Shown here piece by piece: positions 1 to 9,312 of a stretch of 64,000 bases of DNA. The notes beneath the pieces are model-generated. The model was not told the DNA's origin, did not search any database, and was given only the letters and a program-made list of their open reading frames with translations. Every line of letters begins with the position of its first letter. Within the stretch, counting starts at the first letter, position 1. The position numbers and the translations under genes were made by a program. This stretch comes from an uncultured Leptospirales bacterium (lineage in GTDB: Bacteria; Spirochaetota; UBA4802; UBA5550). The DNA lies in NCBI GenBank assembly GCA_964645775.1, contig CAZYBU010000001.1, forward strand, positions 115,639 to 179,638, in the 5' to 3' direction.

Positions 1-7
1 GTTTGAT

Positions 8-1558
8 ATGAGAGGGAGGCTTTCTTACTCTAATCAGGCGGCAAGGATCCAGTTTCCGAAACTTGAAGAGGGTGATGCCGACAATCCCATTATTCTTTCC
101 ATTCTGGAGGCTATTCCCCGTTTTCAGCCAGGAAACCTGAGGTTTCTCATAGATGAATTTTCACAAAATGGAAATGATTACGAGATAAATATGTACCTGT
201 CGCGGGAATCCTGGACGATTCGTTGTTATATCACGGATATCACTTACAAAAGAGAAGCGAGAAGCCTGGAGACCCGTGCGGAGAAGATGAACCGCGCTCT
301 TATGAGCGCATCTCTGATAATATCCCGGAACCTTGAGTTTGACGAGGTCGTCAGGGAGACCCTGGAGGCGGCCCGGACTATTATCGGGAGCCGTTACGCC
401 CTTTTCGGCAGGGTGGAAAATGGGGAGGTTGTCTCCTTTTATCATTCAGGATTTACCGATGAGGAACTTGCCCGCCTGAACCGGTTGCCCGCTGCCAGAG
501 AGGGACTCCTGGCGAAGGTCATCTCTTCCAATGAGCCGGTTATGATAAATGACATTCAATCTCAACCCTTTTTCAAAGGACTGCCGGAGAATCATCCTCC
601 AGTTAATCGATTACTTGCCGCGCCCCTTAACCGTGATCATTCCGTCCAGGGGATCATCATCCTGAGTGAAAGGGAGGAGAACTCGCCCTTTGATGAGAAT
701 GACAGGGACATACTTCAGAGTCTCTGCCTGAACGCTTCCGCGGCCGTGGAGAATTCCCTGCTCTACGAAAAGGTCAAAGACTTCAATCAGGAACTTGAAC
801 GAAGAGTCGAGGAGAGCACAACTGAACTGAAGAAAGCGCTTGCCGTGGCGGAGGAGGCGGGCCGCGCCCGTTCAGAGTTTATCGCGAACGTTTCTCACGA
901 ACTGAGGACACCCATGAACTCTATCATCGGATTTACGGATGTTCTGATGGAAGCCGCCTTTGGGAAGCTTAACGAAGATCAGAAGAAATACCTTGAACAG
1001 ATACGATCAAGCGCCGATCATCTTCTTGGTATGGTAAATGATATTATTGAGATATCCCGCTATGAAAGCGGACGTATCAGCGTACTGGCCGAAGACCTCT
1101 ATCTTACGGACGTGTTGCGAAGCATTGAAAAGATGGTTGCGCAATACGTGAAAGAGAAAAAACTTGCTTTCAGCATTGATATTGATGCGGGATTACAGAA
1201 CCATATGGTAAGAACTGATGCGGCACTTCTAAAAAGAATACTGATGATCATGATCATGAATGCCGTGAAGTTTGTGCCGCATGGAGGAATCTGCCGGATT
1301 TTGGCGGAAGATAAAGATGACGGTTTTATTATATCCGTTGAAGATGATGGAAACGCTATACCGGAAGGAAAAGAAGAAACGATCTTCCAGGTATTCGGCC
1401 AGTCTTCAACAGGAGAACGATGGTCACAGACAGGTATCGGTTTAAGTTTAGCAAGAAAGCTTGCCCGGCTGCTGGGCGGTGATCTGATAGCCTCCGGAAC
1501 CGGAGAAGAAAAGGGAAGTATTATTAAATTGAAGCTTCCCAATAAAAAGAGTAACTGA
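8..1558 (+). CDS. cytoplasmic GAF-domain sensor histidine kinase (5' end may continue upstream of window)
   Basis: 516-aa ORF. H-box SHELRTPMNSIIGF. HATPase G-boxes (QTGIGLSLARKLARLLGGDL). Central GAF-like region. No TM helices. Followed 17 nt later by a response regulator. Confidence 0.8.
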   Translation: MRGRLSYSNQAARIQFPKLEEGDADNPIILSILEAIPRFQPGNLRFLIDEFSQNGNDYEINMYLSRESWTIRCYITDITYKREARSLETRAEKMNRALMSASLIISRNLEFDEVVRETLEAARTIIGSRYALFGRVENGEVVSFYHSGFTDEELARLNRLPAAREGLLAKVISSNEPVMINDIQSQPFFKGLPENHPPVNRLLAAPLNRDHSVQGIIILSEREENSPFDENDRDILQSLCLNASAAVENSLLYEKVKDFNQELERRVEESTTELKKALAVAEEAGRARSEFIANVSHELRTPMNSIIGFTDVLMEAAFGKLNEDQKKYLEQIRSSADHLLGMVNDIIEISRYESGRISVLAEDLYLTDVLRSIEKMVAQYVKEKKLAFSIDIDAGLQNHMVRTDAALLKRILMIMIMNAVKFVPHGGICRILAEDKDDGFIISVEDDGNAIPEGKEETIFQVFGQSSTGERWSQTGIGLSLARKLARLLGGDLIASGTGEEKGSIIKLKLPNKKSN

Positions 1559-1574
1559 TCAGGGGGTACCGGTT

Positions 1575-2690
1575 ATGAGTAGATCTCCCCGTGTACTGGT
1601 TGTCGATGATGAGGAGAGGAATCTCAAGCTCATAGAAGCCATGCTGATTCCTCATAAATACGAGGTCTTTCTCTCCCCTCATGGGGAGGATGCCCTGAAA
1701 AGAGTGAGGGAGATAGACCCCGATGTCATACTTCTTGATGTAATGATGCCGCAGATAGACGGTTTCGAGGTGGCGAAAAACCTCAAGAATGATGAAGAGC
1801 TAAAGACCATTCCGGTGGTCATGGTAACGGCCCTGAATGAAATCGATGACAGGGTCCGGGCCCTGGAGGCCGGTGCCGATGACTTTCTTACCAAACCGGT
1901 CAATATAACCGAATTGCGGGCCCGGGTCTCCTCCCTGGTGAAGGTAAAGGCCTACAATGACTACATGAAGGACTACCAGAAGAAGCTGGAAGAAGAGGTT
2001 GCCAGGAGAACAGGTCAGCTCAAGCGTGCTTATGAGCAACTCAAGGAGGCCACCTTTGAGGCTACCTACAGGCTTACAAAGGCCTCTGAGTACAAGGACG
2101 AGGACACCGGAACACACATTATCCGTATGAGTAAATACTGCGCTGTCGTTGCCCGCAGGCTGGGACTCAATGACCAGGTGGTGGAGGCAATATTCCAGGC
2201 AGCGCCCATGCACGACGTGGGAAAGATAGGTATACCGGACAGGATCCTCCTGAAACCGGGGAAACTGGATGAAAAAGAATGGGCTATAATGAAGCAGCAT
2301 ACGGTCATAGGGGCACGGATACTGGAAGGTTCCGATTCAAATCTGCTTCGCATGGGTGAGACCATAGCATTGAATCATCACGAAAGATGGGATGGGACCG
2401 GATATCCCCACGGCATAAAGGGGCGAAAAATCCCCCTTGCCGCCCGGATAGCCTCCATAGCGGACGTATTCGATGCCCTGATCTCGAAGAGACCCTACAA
2501 AGAGGCCTTTCCCATCGAGAAGTCCCTGGATATAATACGTGAAATGAATGGCGTCAATTTCGACCCTGAGGTTGTAGAGGCATTCTTCAGCTCGCTGGAT
2601 GAAATTCTTTCAGTCGTGCACCGATACAGTGATTTAGAAACAGAGAGCCTCCTGTATAAAATGAACCAGCCTCTTGAAGACGTCTCGTAA
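1575..2690 (+). CDS. response regulator, REC + HD-GYP domain (putative c-di-GMP phosphodiesterase, RpfG-like)
   Basis: N-terminal receiver (RVLVVDDEE ... ILLDVMMP ... TKP). C-terminal HD motif (HDVGKIGIP) and HHERWDGTGYP (HD-GYP signature). Confidence 0.85.
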   Translation: MSRSPRVLVVDDEERNLKLIEAMLIPHKYEVFLSPHGEDALKRVREIDPDVILLDVMMPQIDGFEVAKNLKNDEELKTIPVVMVTALNEIDDRVRALEAGADDFLTKPVNITELRARVSSLVKVKAYNDYMKDYQKKLEEEVARRTGQLKRAYEQLKEATFEATYRLTKASEYKDEDTGTHIIRMSKYCAVVARRLGLNDQVVEAIFQAAPMHDVGKIGIPDRILLKPGKLDEKEWAIMKQHTVIGARILEGSDSNLLRMGETIALNHHERWDGTGYPHGIKGRKIPLAARIASIADVFDALISKRPYKEAFPIEKSLDIIREMNGVNFDPEVVEAFFSSLDEILSVVHRYSDLETESLLYKMNQPLEDVS

Positions 2691-2708
2691 TGCTCTGGAG
2701 CTGATATT

Positions 2709-4055
2709 TTGAGGATACAGACTATCCTGGCATCAAAAAGCGGAATAGAGGTACGGGCCCGGGGCTGGGTCCGCACCCGGAGGGATTCCCGTGAAATAAG
2801 TTTTATTGAAATTAATGACGGGTCATGCCTGGAGAACCTGCAGGCTGTGGTGGGCCACGGCATCGAAGGCCTGGAACTGGGTCGCCTTACCGTGGGTGCC
2901 GGTTGCGTTATGGACGGAAGGCTGGTCGATTCTCCGGCAAAGGGACAGAGGGTTGAACTGAAAGTTGAAAAGATACAGGTAGTTGGAGACGCGGACCCGG
3001 AGACCTATCCTTTGCAGAAGAAACGCCATTCCTTTGAGTTTCTCCGGGATATGGCCCACCTGAGGCCAAGGACCAATACCTTCGGGGCCGTGAACAGAAT
3101 ACGGAACATCCTTGCGCGGGAGGTTCACAATTTCTTTCAGGAGCGGGGATTCATCTATGTACAGACACCGATCATAACTTCAAGCGACTGTGAGGGGGCC
3201 GGGGAGATGTTCCGGGTCGTCACCTCCGATGATATGGGAAACCTTACGGATGACTTTTTTGGTGCCAGAACCGGTCTTACGGTCAGCGGCCAGCTGGAGG
3301 CGGAACTTCTGGCCCTTGCCCTGGGTGATGTCTATACCTTCGGTCCCACTTTCCGGGCAGAAAACTCGAATACCTCCCGTCACCTGTCCGAGTTCTGGAT
3401 GGTAGAACCGGAGATGGCCTTCGCGGAGCTGGAGGATGCCATAGAACTTGCCATTGAATGCCTTCGACATCTTTTTCGTTCCGTTCTGGGTGAAGGCAGG
3501 CCGGACATGGAATTTTTTGATGAACGTATAGCTCCTGGAAAGATTGATACTCTTACCGGAATCCTCTCCACTGAACTCAAAGTGGTGACCTACACCGAGG
3601 CTATAGAGGTCCTGCAGAGGTCGGGTCGTTCCTTCGAATTTGAGCCGCTCTGGGGAGAGGACCTCCAGTCTGAACATGAGAAGTATCTGACAGGGGAATG
3701 GGTCCAGGGGCCGGCAGCTGTTATTGATTATCCGGCTTCCATTAAACCCTTCTATATGAAACTTAATAATGACGGAAAAACGGTCAGGGCCATGGACCTG
3801 TTGATTCCTGGGGTGGGGGAGATCATCGGAGGAAGCCAGAGAGAAGAGCGTCTCGATGTTCTGACCGGAAGGATGAAAGAGTCGGGCATAGAACCGGAAG
3901 ACTACCAGTGGTACCTGGACAGTCGAAGGTTCGGAAGCGTTCCCCATGCCGGATTTGGTCTCGGTTTTGAGAGGATGGTTCAATTCGTCACCGGGATGCA
4001 GAATATCCGAGATGTGATACCCTTTCCACGGACGCCGGGTAACGCCTCGTTTTAA
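2709..4055 (+). CDS. asnS: asparaginyl-tRNA synthetase
   Basis: 448 aa. Class II aaRS motifs. [24 protein letters not shown] and GAGEMFRV are typical of AsnRS. C-terminal [10 protein letters not shown]. Confidence 0.88.
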   Translation: MRIQTILASKSGIEVRARGWVRTRRDSREISFIEINDGSCLENLQAVVGHGIEGLELGRLTVGAGCVMDGRLVDSPAKGQRVELKVEKIQVVGDADPETYPLQKKRHSFEFLRDMAHLRPRTNTFGAVNRIRNILAREVHNFFQERGFIYVQTPIITSSDCEGAGEMFRVVTSDDMGNLTDDFFGARTGLTVSGQLEAELLALALGDVYTFGPTFRAENSNTSRHLSEFWMVEPEMAFAELEDAIELAIECLRHLFRSVLGEGRPDMEFFDERIAPGKIDTLTGILSTELKVVTYTEAIEVLQRSGRSFEFEPLWGEDLQSEHEKYLTGEWVQGPAAVIDYPASIKPFYMKLNNDGKTVRAMDLLIPGVGEIIGGSQREERLDVLTGRMKESGIEPEDYQWYLDSRRFGSVPHAGFGLGFERMVQFVTGMQNIRDVIPFPRTPGNASF

Positions 4056-4066
4056 AAAGGATATAT

Positions 4067-4105
4067 TCTCACGCGACCCGGGGGTGTGAGAGGTTCGTCA
4101 GTTTT
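4067..4105 (+). terminator. possible intrinsic terminator after asnS (weak)
   Basis: Inverted repeat TCTCAC...GTGAGA with GC-rich loop, followed by a short T-run (gttttg) about 10 nt downstream. Not a textbook terminator. Confidence 0.25.
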
Positions 4106-4324
4106 GACCGGTTCCATTCGATCATGGCGCGGGGTCTTTCCAGGGATCGTCCACGACCCGGTACAGTTCATGAAGGATGAGGATATTCTTTCCTGCCGTT
4201 GTTTACTCCAGTTATTCCCTGACCTACTCGAAAAAATCTGATTTCCTCTTCATGAAAAGGATAAAGAATTTTTGATGAGAGAAAAACCAGCACAAATTTA
4301 TTGCGAAGAGGAAATTCATTTATC

Positions 4325-4353
4325 TTGACCTTATGGATAAAGAATCCTATGAT
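4325..4353 (+). promoter_or_regulatory. sigma70-like promoter upstream of aldehyde:ferredoxin oxidoreductase gene
   Basis: TTGACC (4325-4330), 17-nt spacer, TATGAT (4348-4353). RBS GGAGG 6 nt before the ATG at 4395. Confidence 0.5.
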
Positions 4354-4394
4354 AGGGCAGACTGTAAACGGTCCTTTCCCGGCAGGAGGCATCC

Positions 4395-6269
4395 ATGAAA
4401 ACCACTATCAGCGGAACAAGCAATCGAGTTCTTGAAGTTGACCTGACAAACCGGAAATCCCGGGTTGTAGAAATAGACAAAAGGGACAGAAAGCTCTATC
4501 TCGGCGGCAAGGGACTGGGGCTAAAACTTCTCTATGACAGGTTTCAACCGGGGATAGATACCCTGGGCCCGGAGAATATCCTCGTCTTTATGACGGGAGT
4601 GCTCATGGGCTCCGGGGCGCCATGCTCCGGCAGGTTCGTCGGAATCACCCGTTCACCCCTTACCGGAATAATAGCAACATCCTCCTGCGGCGGTCCTTTC
4701 GGCATGGCCCTTAAGACTACCGGCTGGGATGGTCTCATCATCCGGGGCAAATCGGCTAAACCGGTTTACCTGTCCCTGGATGACATGGAAGCCCATTTTC
4801 ATGATGCCAAAAAGCTCTGGGGAGAGGACACGGAAAAGACCACGGACGCACTGAGTAAAGATGGAAAAGGTTCCCTTGTTATCGGCCCGGCCGGAGAGAA
4901 TCTTGTCCGTTTCGCCAATATCCGCTCCGGTGATCGGTTCCTGGGACGGGGAGGTCTCGGTGCTGTTATGGGGTCAAAGAACCTCAAGGGAATTGTGGCT
5001 GCCGGTGACCTGGTCAAGATAGAACCGGTTCATAAAAAACGCTTCGACAGGTACCGGAAAAAGGCCACGACTTTTATTAACCGGAATGAAGTGACCTCCC
5101 ATCTCTACCGGAAGTTCGGCACCAATGCCAACATGAAGGTCAACAATGAGAAGAGAATTCTTCCGGTACGGAATTTTACCATCGGTTCGCATGGCAAGGC
5201 CCGCCGTCTTTACGGACAGACCCTGGGAGCAGAGAGGATGACAGGTTTCCATACCTGCAAGCCCTGCACTATCCTCTGCGGTCATAAGGGGATCTTTCAG
5301 GGTAAGGAACGTCCGGTCCCGGAATACGAGACTGCGGGACTCTTCGGCCCAAACCTGGAGATCTTTGACCCGGACATGATTTCAGAGTGGAACGAAATTT
5401 GCTCACTTACCGGGATGGATACCATATCTGCTGCCGTTACTCTTGCCTGGGTCATGGAAGCGGGAGAAAAGGGTCTCTATGAAACGGACCTGCGTTTCGG
5501 TTCTCCGGATGGGATATCCCGAACATTGAACAATATGGCAAAGTGCAAGGGGAAAGATGCCGAGCTGGGGAGGGGCAGCCGCTGGCTTGCACAAAAATAT
5601 GGGGGCTTTGATTTCGCCATGCAGGTTAAAGGATTGGAAATGGCCGCCTATGATCCCAGGGGGGCCTGGGGGCAGGGTCTCTCTTACGCTGTGGCAAACC
5701 GGGGGGCCTGCCATCTCTCCACTTCCGCCTTCACGGTTGAGCAGTACTTTGACATGATCAAACCGGAAACCAGCAGCAGCAAGGCTTCCATGGTAAAGTT
5801 CCTGGAAGATACCTTCGCCGCGGTTAATTCACTGCATATGTGCCAGTTTACCGGTTTCCCTTTTGAACTGGAGCCTCCCCTGGTGAAGCTGAGTCCCACA
5901 CCGGTACTAAGAGTGTTGATGACGGCCATGGCGGGTGTAGCCATGTATTTCATGGATATAAGTCTCTGGCCTAAACTCTACGGGGCCATTCTTGGAAGGA
6001 GACTTTCGACACTGGCTTTTCTGAAGGCCGGTGCCCGTATTCATGTCCTTGAACGGTTCATGAACGTGCGGGAGGGCATTGATCGCCAGGATGACACCCT
6101 TCCTGAGCGGCTCACCCATGAACCGAGGACTATCGATGAGAAGGGATACACGGTACCCCTTGAACCGATGCTTAACAGGTACTATCGGGTCCGGGGTTTT
6201 GACAGGATGGGAAGGCCAACGGGCCGTACTCTCAGAAAATATCGAATTCCGGAGCCTGAACTGACATGA
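4395..6269 (+). CDS. aor: tungsten-containing aldehyde:ferredoxin oxidoreductase (AOR family)
   Basis: 624 aa. N-terminal MKTT..RVLEVDLTN...YLGGKGLGLKLLYD is typical of AOR. Length and internal Cys-containing motifs fit the AOR family. Confidence 0.88.
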   Translation: MKTTISGTSNRVLEVDLTNRKSRVVEIDKRDRKLYLGGKGLGLKLLYDRFQPGIDTLGPENILVFMTGVLMGSGAPCSGRFVGITRSPLTGIIATSSCGGPFGMALKTTGWDGLIIRGKSAKPVYLSLDDMEAHFHDAKKLWGEDTEKTTDALSKDGKGSLVIGPAGENLVRFANIRSGDRFLGRGGLGAVMGSKNLKGIVAAGDLVKIEPVHKKRFDRYRKKATTFINRNEVTSHLYRKFGTNANMKVNNEKRILPVRNFTIGSHGKARRLYGQTLGAERMTGFHTCKPCTILCGHKGIFQGKERPVPEYETAGLFGPNLEIFDPDMISEWNEICSLTGMDTISAAVTLAWVMEAGEKGLYETDLRFGSPDGISRTLNNMAKCKGKDAELGRGSRWLAQKYGGFDFAMQVKGLEMAAYDPRGAWGQGLSYAVANRGACHLSTSAFTVEQYFDMIKPETSSSKASMVKFLEDTFAAVNSLHMCQFTGFPFELEPPLVKLSPTPVLRVLMTAMAGVAMYFMDISLWPKLYGAILGRRLSTLAFLKAGARIHVLERFMNVREGIDRQDDTLPERLTHEPRTIDEKGYTVPLEPMLNRYYRVRGFDRMGRPTGRTLRKYRIPEPELT

Positions 6270-7402
6270 AAAAGCAGAATCATATCAATGCCATGGAATA
6301 TATGTTCTTGACCACACCGAAGGTCATATCGGGTAAAGCTGCGGTCAGCCACCTGCCTGGAGAGCTTGCTTCCCTGGACGTGAGTCGCCCACTTCTCCTG
6401 GCAGGCAGGGAATCGGAAAAGCTCGATGTAGACGCCCTGGGCCGGTTCATCATCCGGGAGAGCGAAACCACCATAGGCGCGGTGATACCTGATCTTTCCG
6501 GGTATCCCTCCGTGGCCCAGGTGGAGCGGGTCGTGGAGATGTATCACGCCAGGGGATGTGATTCCATCTTAGCCATAGGTTCGGATTCGGTGCTCTCCAC
6601 AGCCAAAGCGGCCGGACTGCTCGCTTCCGATGAAAAGACCGACCTTGCCGCCTGTATGAGGGGAGAGGCCGAACCGGGTGAAACTGTCCCACTCGTTGTC
6701 ATTCCATCCGTGGGACCCTGCACGGAAGCGGGTACAGGGATGGTACGTTTTGAAACAGGGTTTTTCTACGCGCGGGGAAGCTCGCCTGACCTGGTCTGCA
6801 TTGACCCCCGGGCAAGCCGATTCCTGGACGACTTGTCACGAAAACGGACGGTCTATGCCACTCTGGTCCGATCCATGGAAGCGGCCCGAAGCGAGGCCCA
6901 TAGTCCGATGGTGGACGCCTGGGCATTCTCTTCACTGAGACTTGTCTGCGAACAGTGTCACGGGAAGAAGGGATCGGACGGTGACCTGAGACTTTTTAAC
7001 GCGGCTCTTTACGCCGGGGTCGCCTGGGAGAACAGCGCCCGGGGTCCGGTAAGCAGGCTTGTCGGGATTATTGCCCGTTCATCGGGTCGGGACAGTGAAA
7101 CTCTCTCCGCCTGGCTCCTTCTTCCCTGGTTAAAAAGTGTCATGGATAAGCAGGGGGGGCTGCGGGACGAACTCCTCATGGCCTGCAAAGGCTTTGGTTC
7201 CGTCGCATCTCCCGATGATCCTGAACGTTTTAACCGCACTCTTGATGTGGTAAAGGATTGCCTGGGTGATGTGGAACCGGGTGTTCCGGTTACGAAAATG
7301 AAAGAGATCCTGGATGAATACTGCCGGGAAGAGAGGCCTGCGAAGGAAGAAGAAAAACAGCTCAGGGAACTTCTGGATCGGGCCACGGGAGGTGCGAAAT
7401 GA
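6266..7402 (+). CDS. iron-containing alcohol dehydrogenase-like protein (degenerate motifs, possibly non-canonical)
   Basis: 378 aa, overlaps the aor stop by ATGA. Fe-ADH fold cues (LAIGSDSVLSTAKAAGL, VIPSVGPCTEAGTG), but the canonical GGGSxxD and His-rich metal motifs are altered. Confidence 0.5.
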   Translation: MKKQNHINAMEYMFLTTPKVISGKAAVSHLPGELASLDVSRPLLLAGRESEKLDVDALGRFIIRESETTIGAVIPDLSGYPSVAQVERVVEMYHARGCDSILAIGSDSVLSTAKAAGLLASDEKTDLAACMRGEAEPGETVPLVVIPSVGPCTEAGTGMVRFETGFFYARGSSPDLVCIDPRASRFLDDLSRKRTVYATLVRSMEAARSEAHSPMVDAWAFSSLRLVCEQCHGKKGSDGDLRLFNAALYAGVAWENSARGPVSRLVGIIARSSGRDSETLSAWLLLPWLKSVMDKQGGLRDELLMACKGFGSVASPDDPERFNRTLDVVKDCLGDVEPGVPVTKMKEILDEYCREERPAKEEEKQLRELLDRATGGAK

Positions 7403-7959
7403 AAAATATACCCCTGCATGCGAATAAGGGATATCCGGAACTGCGACCGGGCAGTTCCCTCTTGAAGAAGATATATATTATGATCATGTTATGGATTGTG
7501 GGACGGGCCATCCAGGTTGCCGCGAAGGTGGATACCGTTGTCAGGAAGGAGATCGAGAACCTGCCTGAAGGTTTCAGTTTCTCACTTGGGGTCTTGCCGG
7601 CCGGACCGACAATGGTCATGGCGTATGATAAAAAGGGTGACTTCAGGTATATGGGAAGCGGCCGGGATGTGAAGCCGAAACTGAGGCTGGGCATCAAGAG
7701 CATGGACACGGCTTTCCTGGTCTTTACCTTCCAGGAATCGACGTCCGTGGCATTTGCCCGGGACCGGTTCGTGGCGGACGGTGACCTTCCTGCCGCCCTC
7801 TCCGTGGTAAGAATTCTCGACCGGATCGAGGTCCTTCTTCTCCCTAAGATCATCGCCAAACTGGCGGTTAAACGTTATCCTGCGTGGAAGAAACAGTCTC
7901 CACTCGGTAAATGGAAGAGCCGCCTCCTTGTTTACATGCGGGTCTTCACTATAGGATAA
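7399..7959 (+). CDS. hypothetical protein
   Basis: 186-aa ORF start-overlapping the previous stop (ATGA). No recognisable motif. Coding status uncertain. Confidence 0.35.
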   Translation: MKNIPLHANKGYPELRPGSSLLKKIYIMIMLWIVGRAIQVAAKVDTVVRKEIENLPEGFSFSLGVLPAGPTMVMAYDKKGDFRYMGSGRDVKPKLRLGIKSMDTAFLVFTFQESTSVAFARDRFVADGDLPAALSVVRILDRIEVLLLPKIIAKLAVKRYPAWKKQSPLGKWKSRLLVYMRVFTIG

Positions 7960-7964
7960 GGGGT

Positions 7965-9236
7965 ATGAACGTGAACATGATAATGCCGAAATACTATGAA
8001 TTCTGTGCCAGTGTCCGTGTCCTCTCAGGTAAAAAGTCCCTGGATCAGGTGGCTGATTATCTGAAGAAGAGAAATACAACCAGACCTCTAATTATCACGG
8101 ACGAAGGTGTATCTGCGGTCGGTCTGGTCAAGACGGTAACAAAATCTCTCGGTAAGACCGCCTCTGCTATCTTTGACCAGGTCCCCATGGATTCTGACCT
8201 CCTGGTCGTACAGAAGATAGCGGCTCTTTACAGGAAAAAGAAATGCGATAGCATTATCGCCCTCGGAGGAGGGTCCGTCCTGGATACGGCCAAGGGAGTC
8301 AATATCCTGGTCTCTCTGGGTGGTGAAAATCTCATGGATTACGCGGGGGCCGGCGTCATCAGGAGAAGGTTACAACCTCTGGTTGCTGTTCCCACCACGG
8401 CAGGTACCGGCTCAGAGATGACTGCTGCGGCTGTAATTGCGGACAGAAAGCGGAATATCAAGCTGACTTTTGTGTCCCAGTTTTTGTTGCCTGACCTGGC
8501 CGTTCTAGACCCGAGAATGACGATGACCCTTCCGCCCCATATCACTGCAGCCACGGCCATGGACGCCATGACTCACGCCTGTGAGGCGTACACATGTCTT
8601 GCCAAGAACCCCCTGAGTGACGCTCTCTCTCTGAAGGCAATCGAGTTGTTAAGCCAGAACCTGATCGATGTCATGAATAACCCTAAGAACGAGAAGGGCA
8701 GGCTTGCCCTGGCGAACGGTGCCACCCTGGCAGGTATGTCATTTTCAAATTCCATGGTGGGCATGGTCCATAACCTGGGACATTCAACGGGTGCACTTTG
8801 CCACGTTCCCCATGGGCAGGCCATGGCCATTTTTCTACCCTACGGCCTGGAGTATAATCTACATAAGACCGCCCGCCATACGGGTGAATTGCTTTACTCT
8901 CTTGTCGGTCCGGAGGACTTCGCCGCCACGCCGGAGAAAAAAAGGCCCCGCCGTGCCATCGAGGCCATAAGAGAACTAAACCTGGGTCTTCATGAACTGA
9001 CCGGCGGGCGCCACGCCACCTGCCTGAAGGAACTGACAGATCGGGAAGGAAGGGAAATAGTACCCAGGGAGAAACTGCCTGATATAGCTCGAACCGCTCT
9101 GGGGGACGGAGCAAGTGTCTATAACCCCGAGGAGAGCGATTTTGAGGATAACCTTATGGTGCTGGAACACGCCTGGGAAGGCATTCCCCTGGACCTGAAA
9201 AAGGTGGTCAGGGGGAGGCGCGGACAAAAATTCTGA
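7965..9236 (+). CDS. iron-containing alcohol dehydrogenase (Fe-ADH family)
   Basis: Start moved to the ATG at 7965 (MNVNMIMPKYY) behind AGGATAAGGGG. Canonical GGGSVLDTAKG, AVPTTAGTGSEMT, and His motifs GMVHNLGHSTGALCHVPHG. Confidence 0.88.
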   Translation: MNVNMIMPKYYEFCASVRVLSGKKSLDQVADYLKKRNTTRPLIITDEGVSAVGLVKTVTKSLGKTASAIFDQVPMDSDLLVVQKIAALYRKKKCDSIIALGGGSVLDTAKGVNILVSLGGENLMDYAGAGVIRRRLQPLVAVPTTAGTGSEMTAAAVIADRKRNIKLTFVSQFLLPDLAVLDPRMTMTLPPHITAATAMDAMTHACEAYTCLAKNPLSDALSLKAIELLSQNLIDVMNNPKNEKGRLALANGATLAGMSFSNSMVGMVHNLGHSTGALCHVPHGQAMAIFLPYGLEYNLHKTARHTGELLYSLVGPEDFAATPEKKRPRRAIEAIRELNLGLHELTGGRHATCLKELTDREGREIVPREKLPDIARTALGDGASVYNPEESDFEDNLMVLEHAWEGIPLDLKKVVRGRRGQKF

Positions 9237-9312
9237 TTTTCCCTTACCGTTTGAAACCTCTTCGTGATTTTGATACCTTGGATATGAAGTATTAATACTT
9301 TTTCAGGGGGAG

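Noticed and set aside
7141-7160. G7 run inside the degenerate Fe-ADH gene (and a G7 in the RND gene near 25487) as frameshift-prone sites
   Set aside because: Only 7 nt, within intact reading frames. Below the usual slippage threshold. Not pursued.
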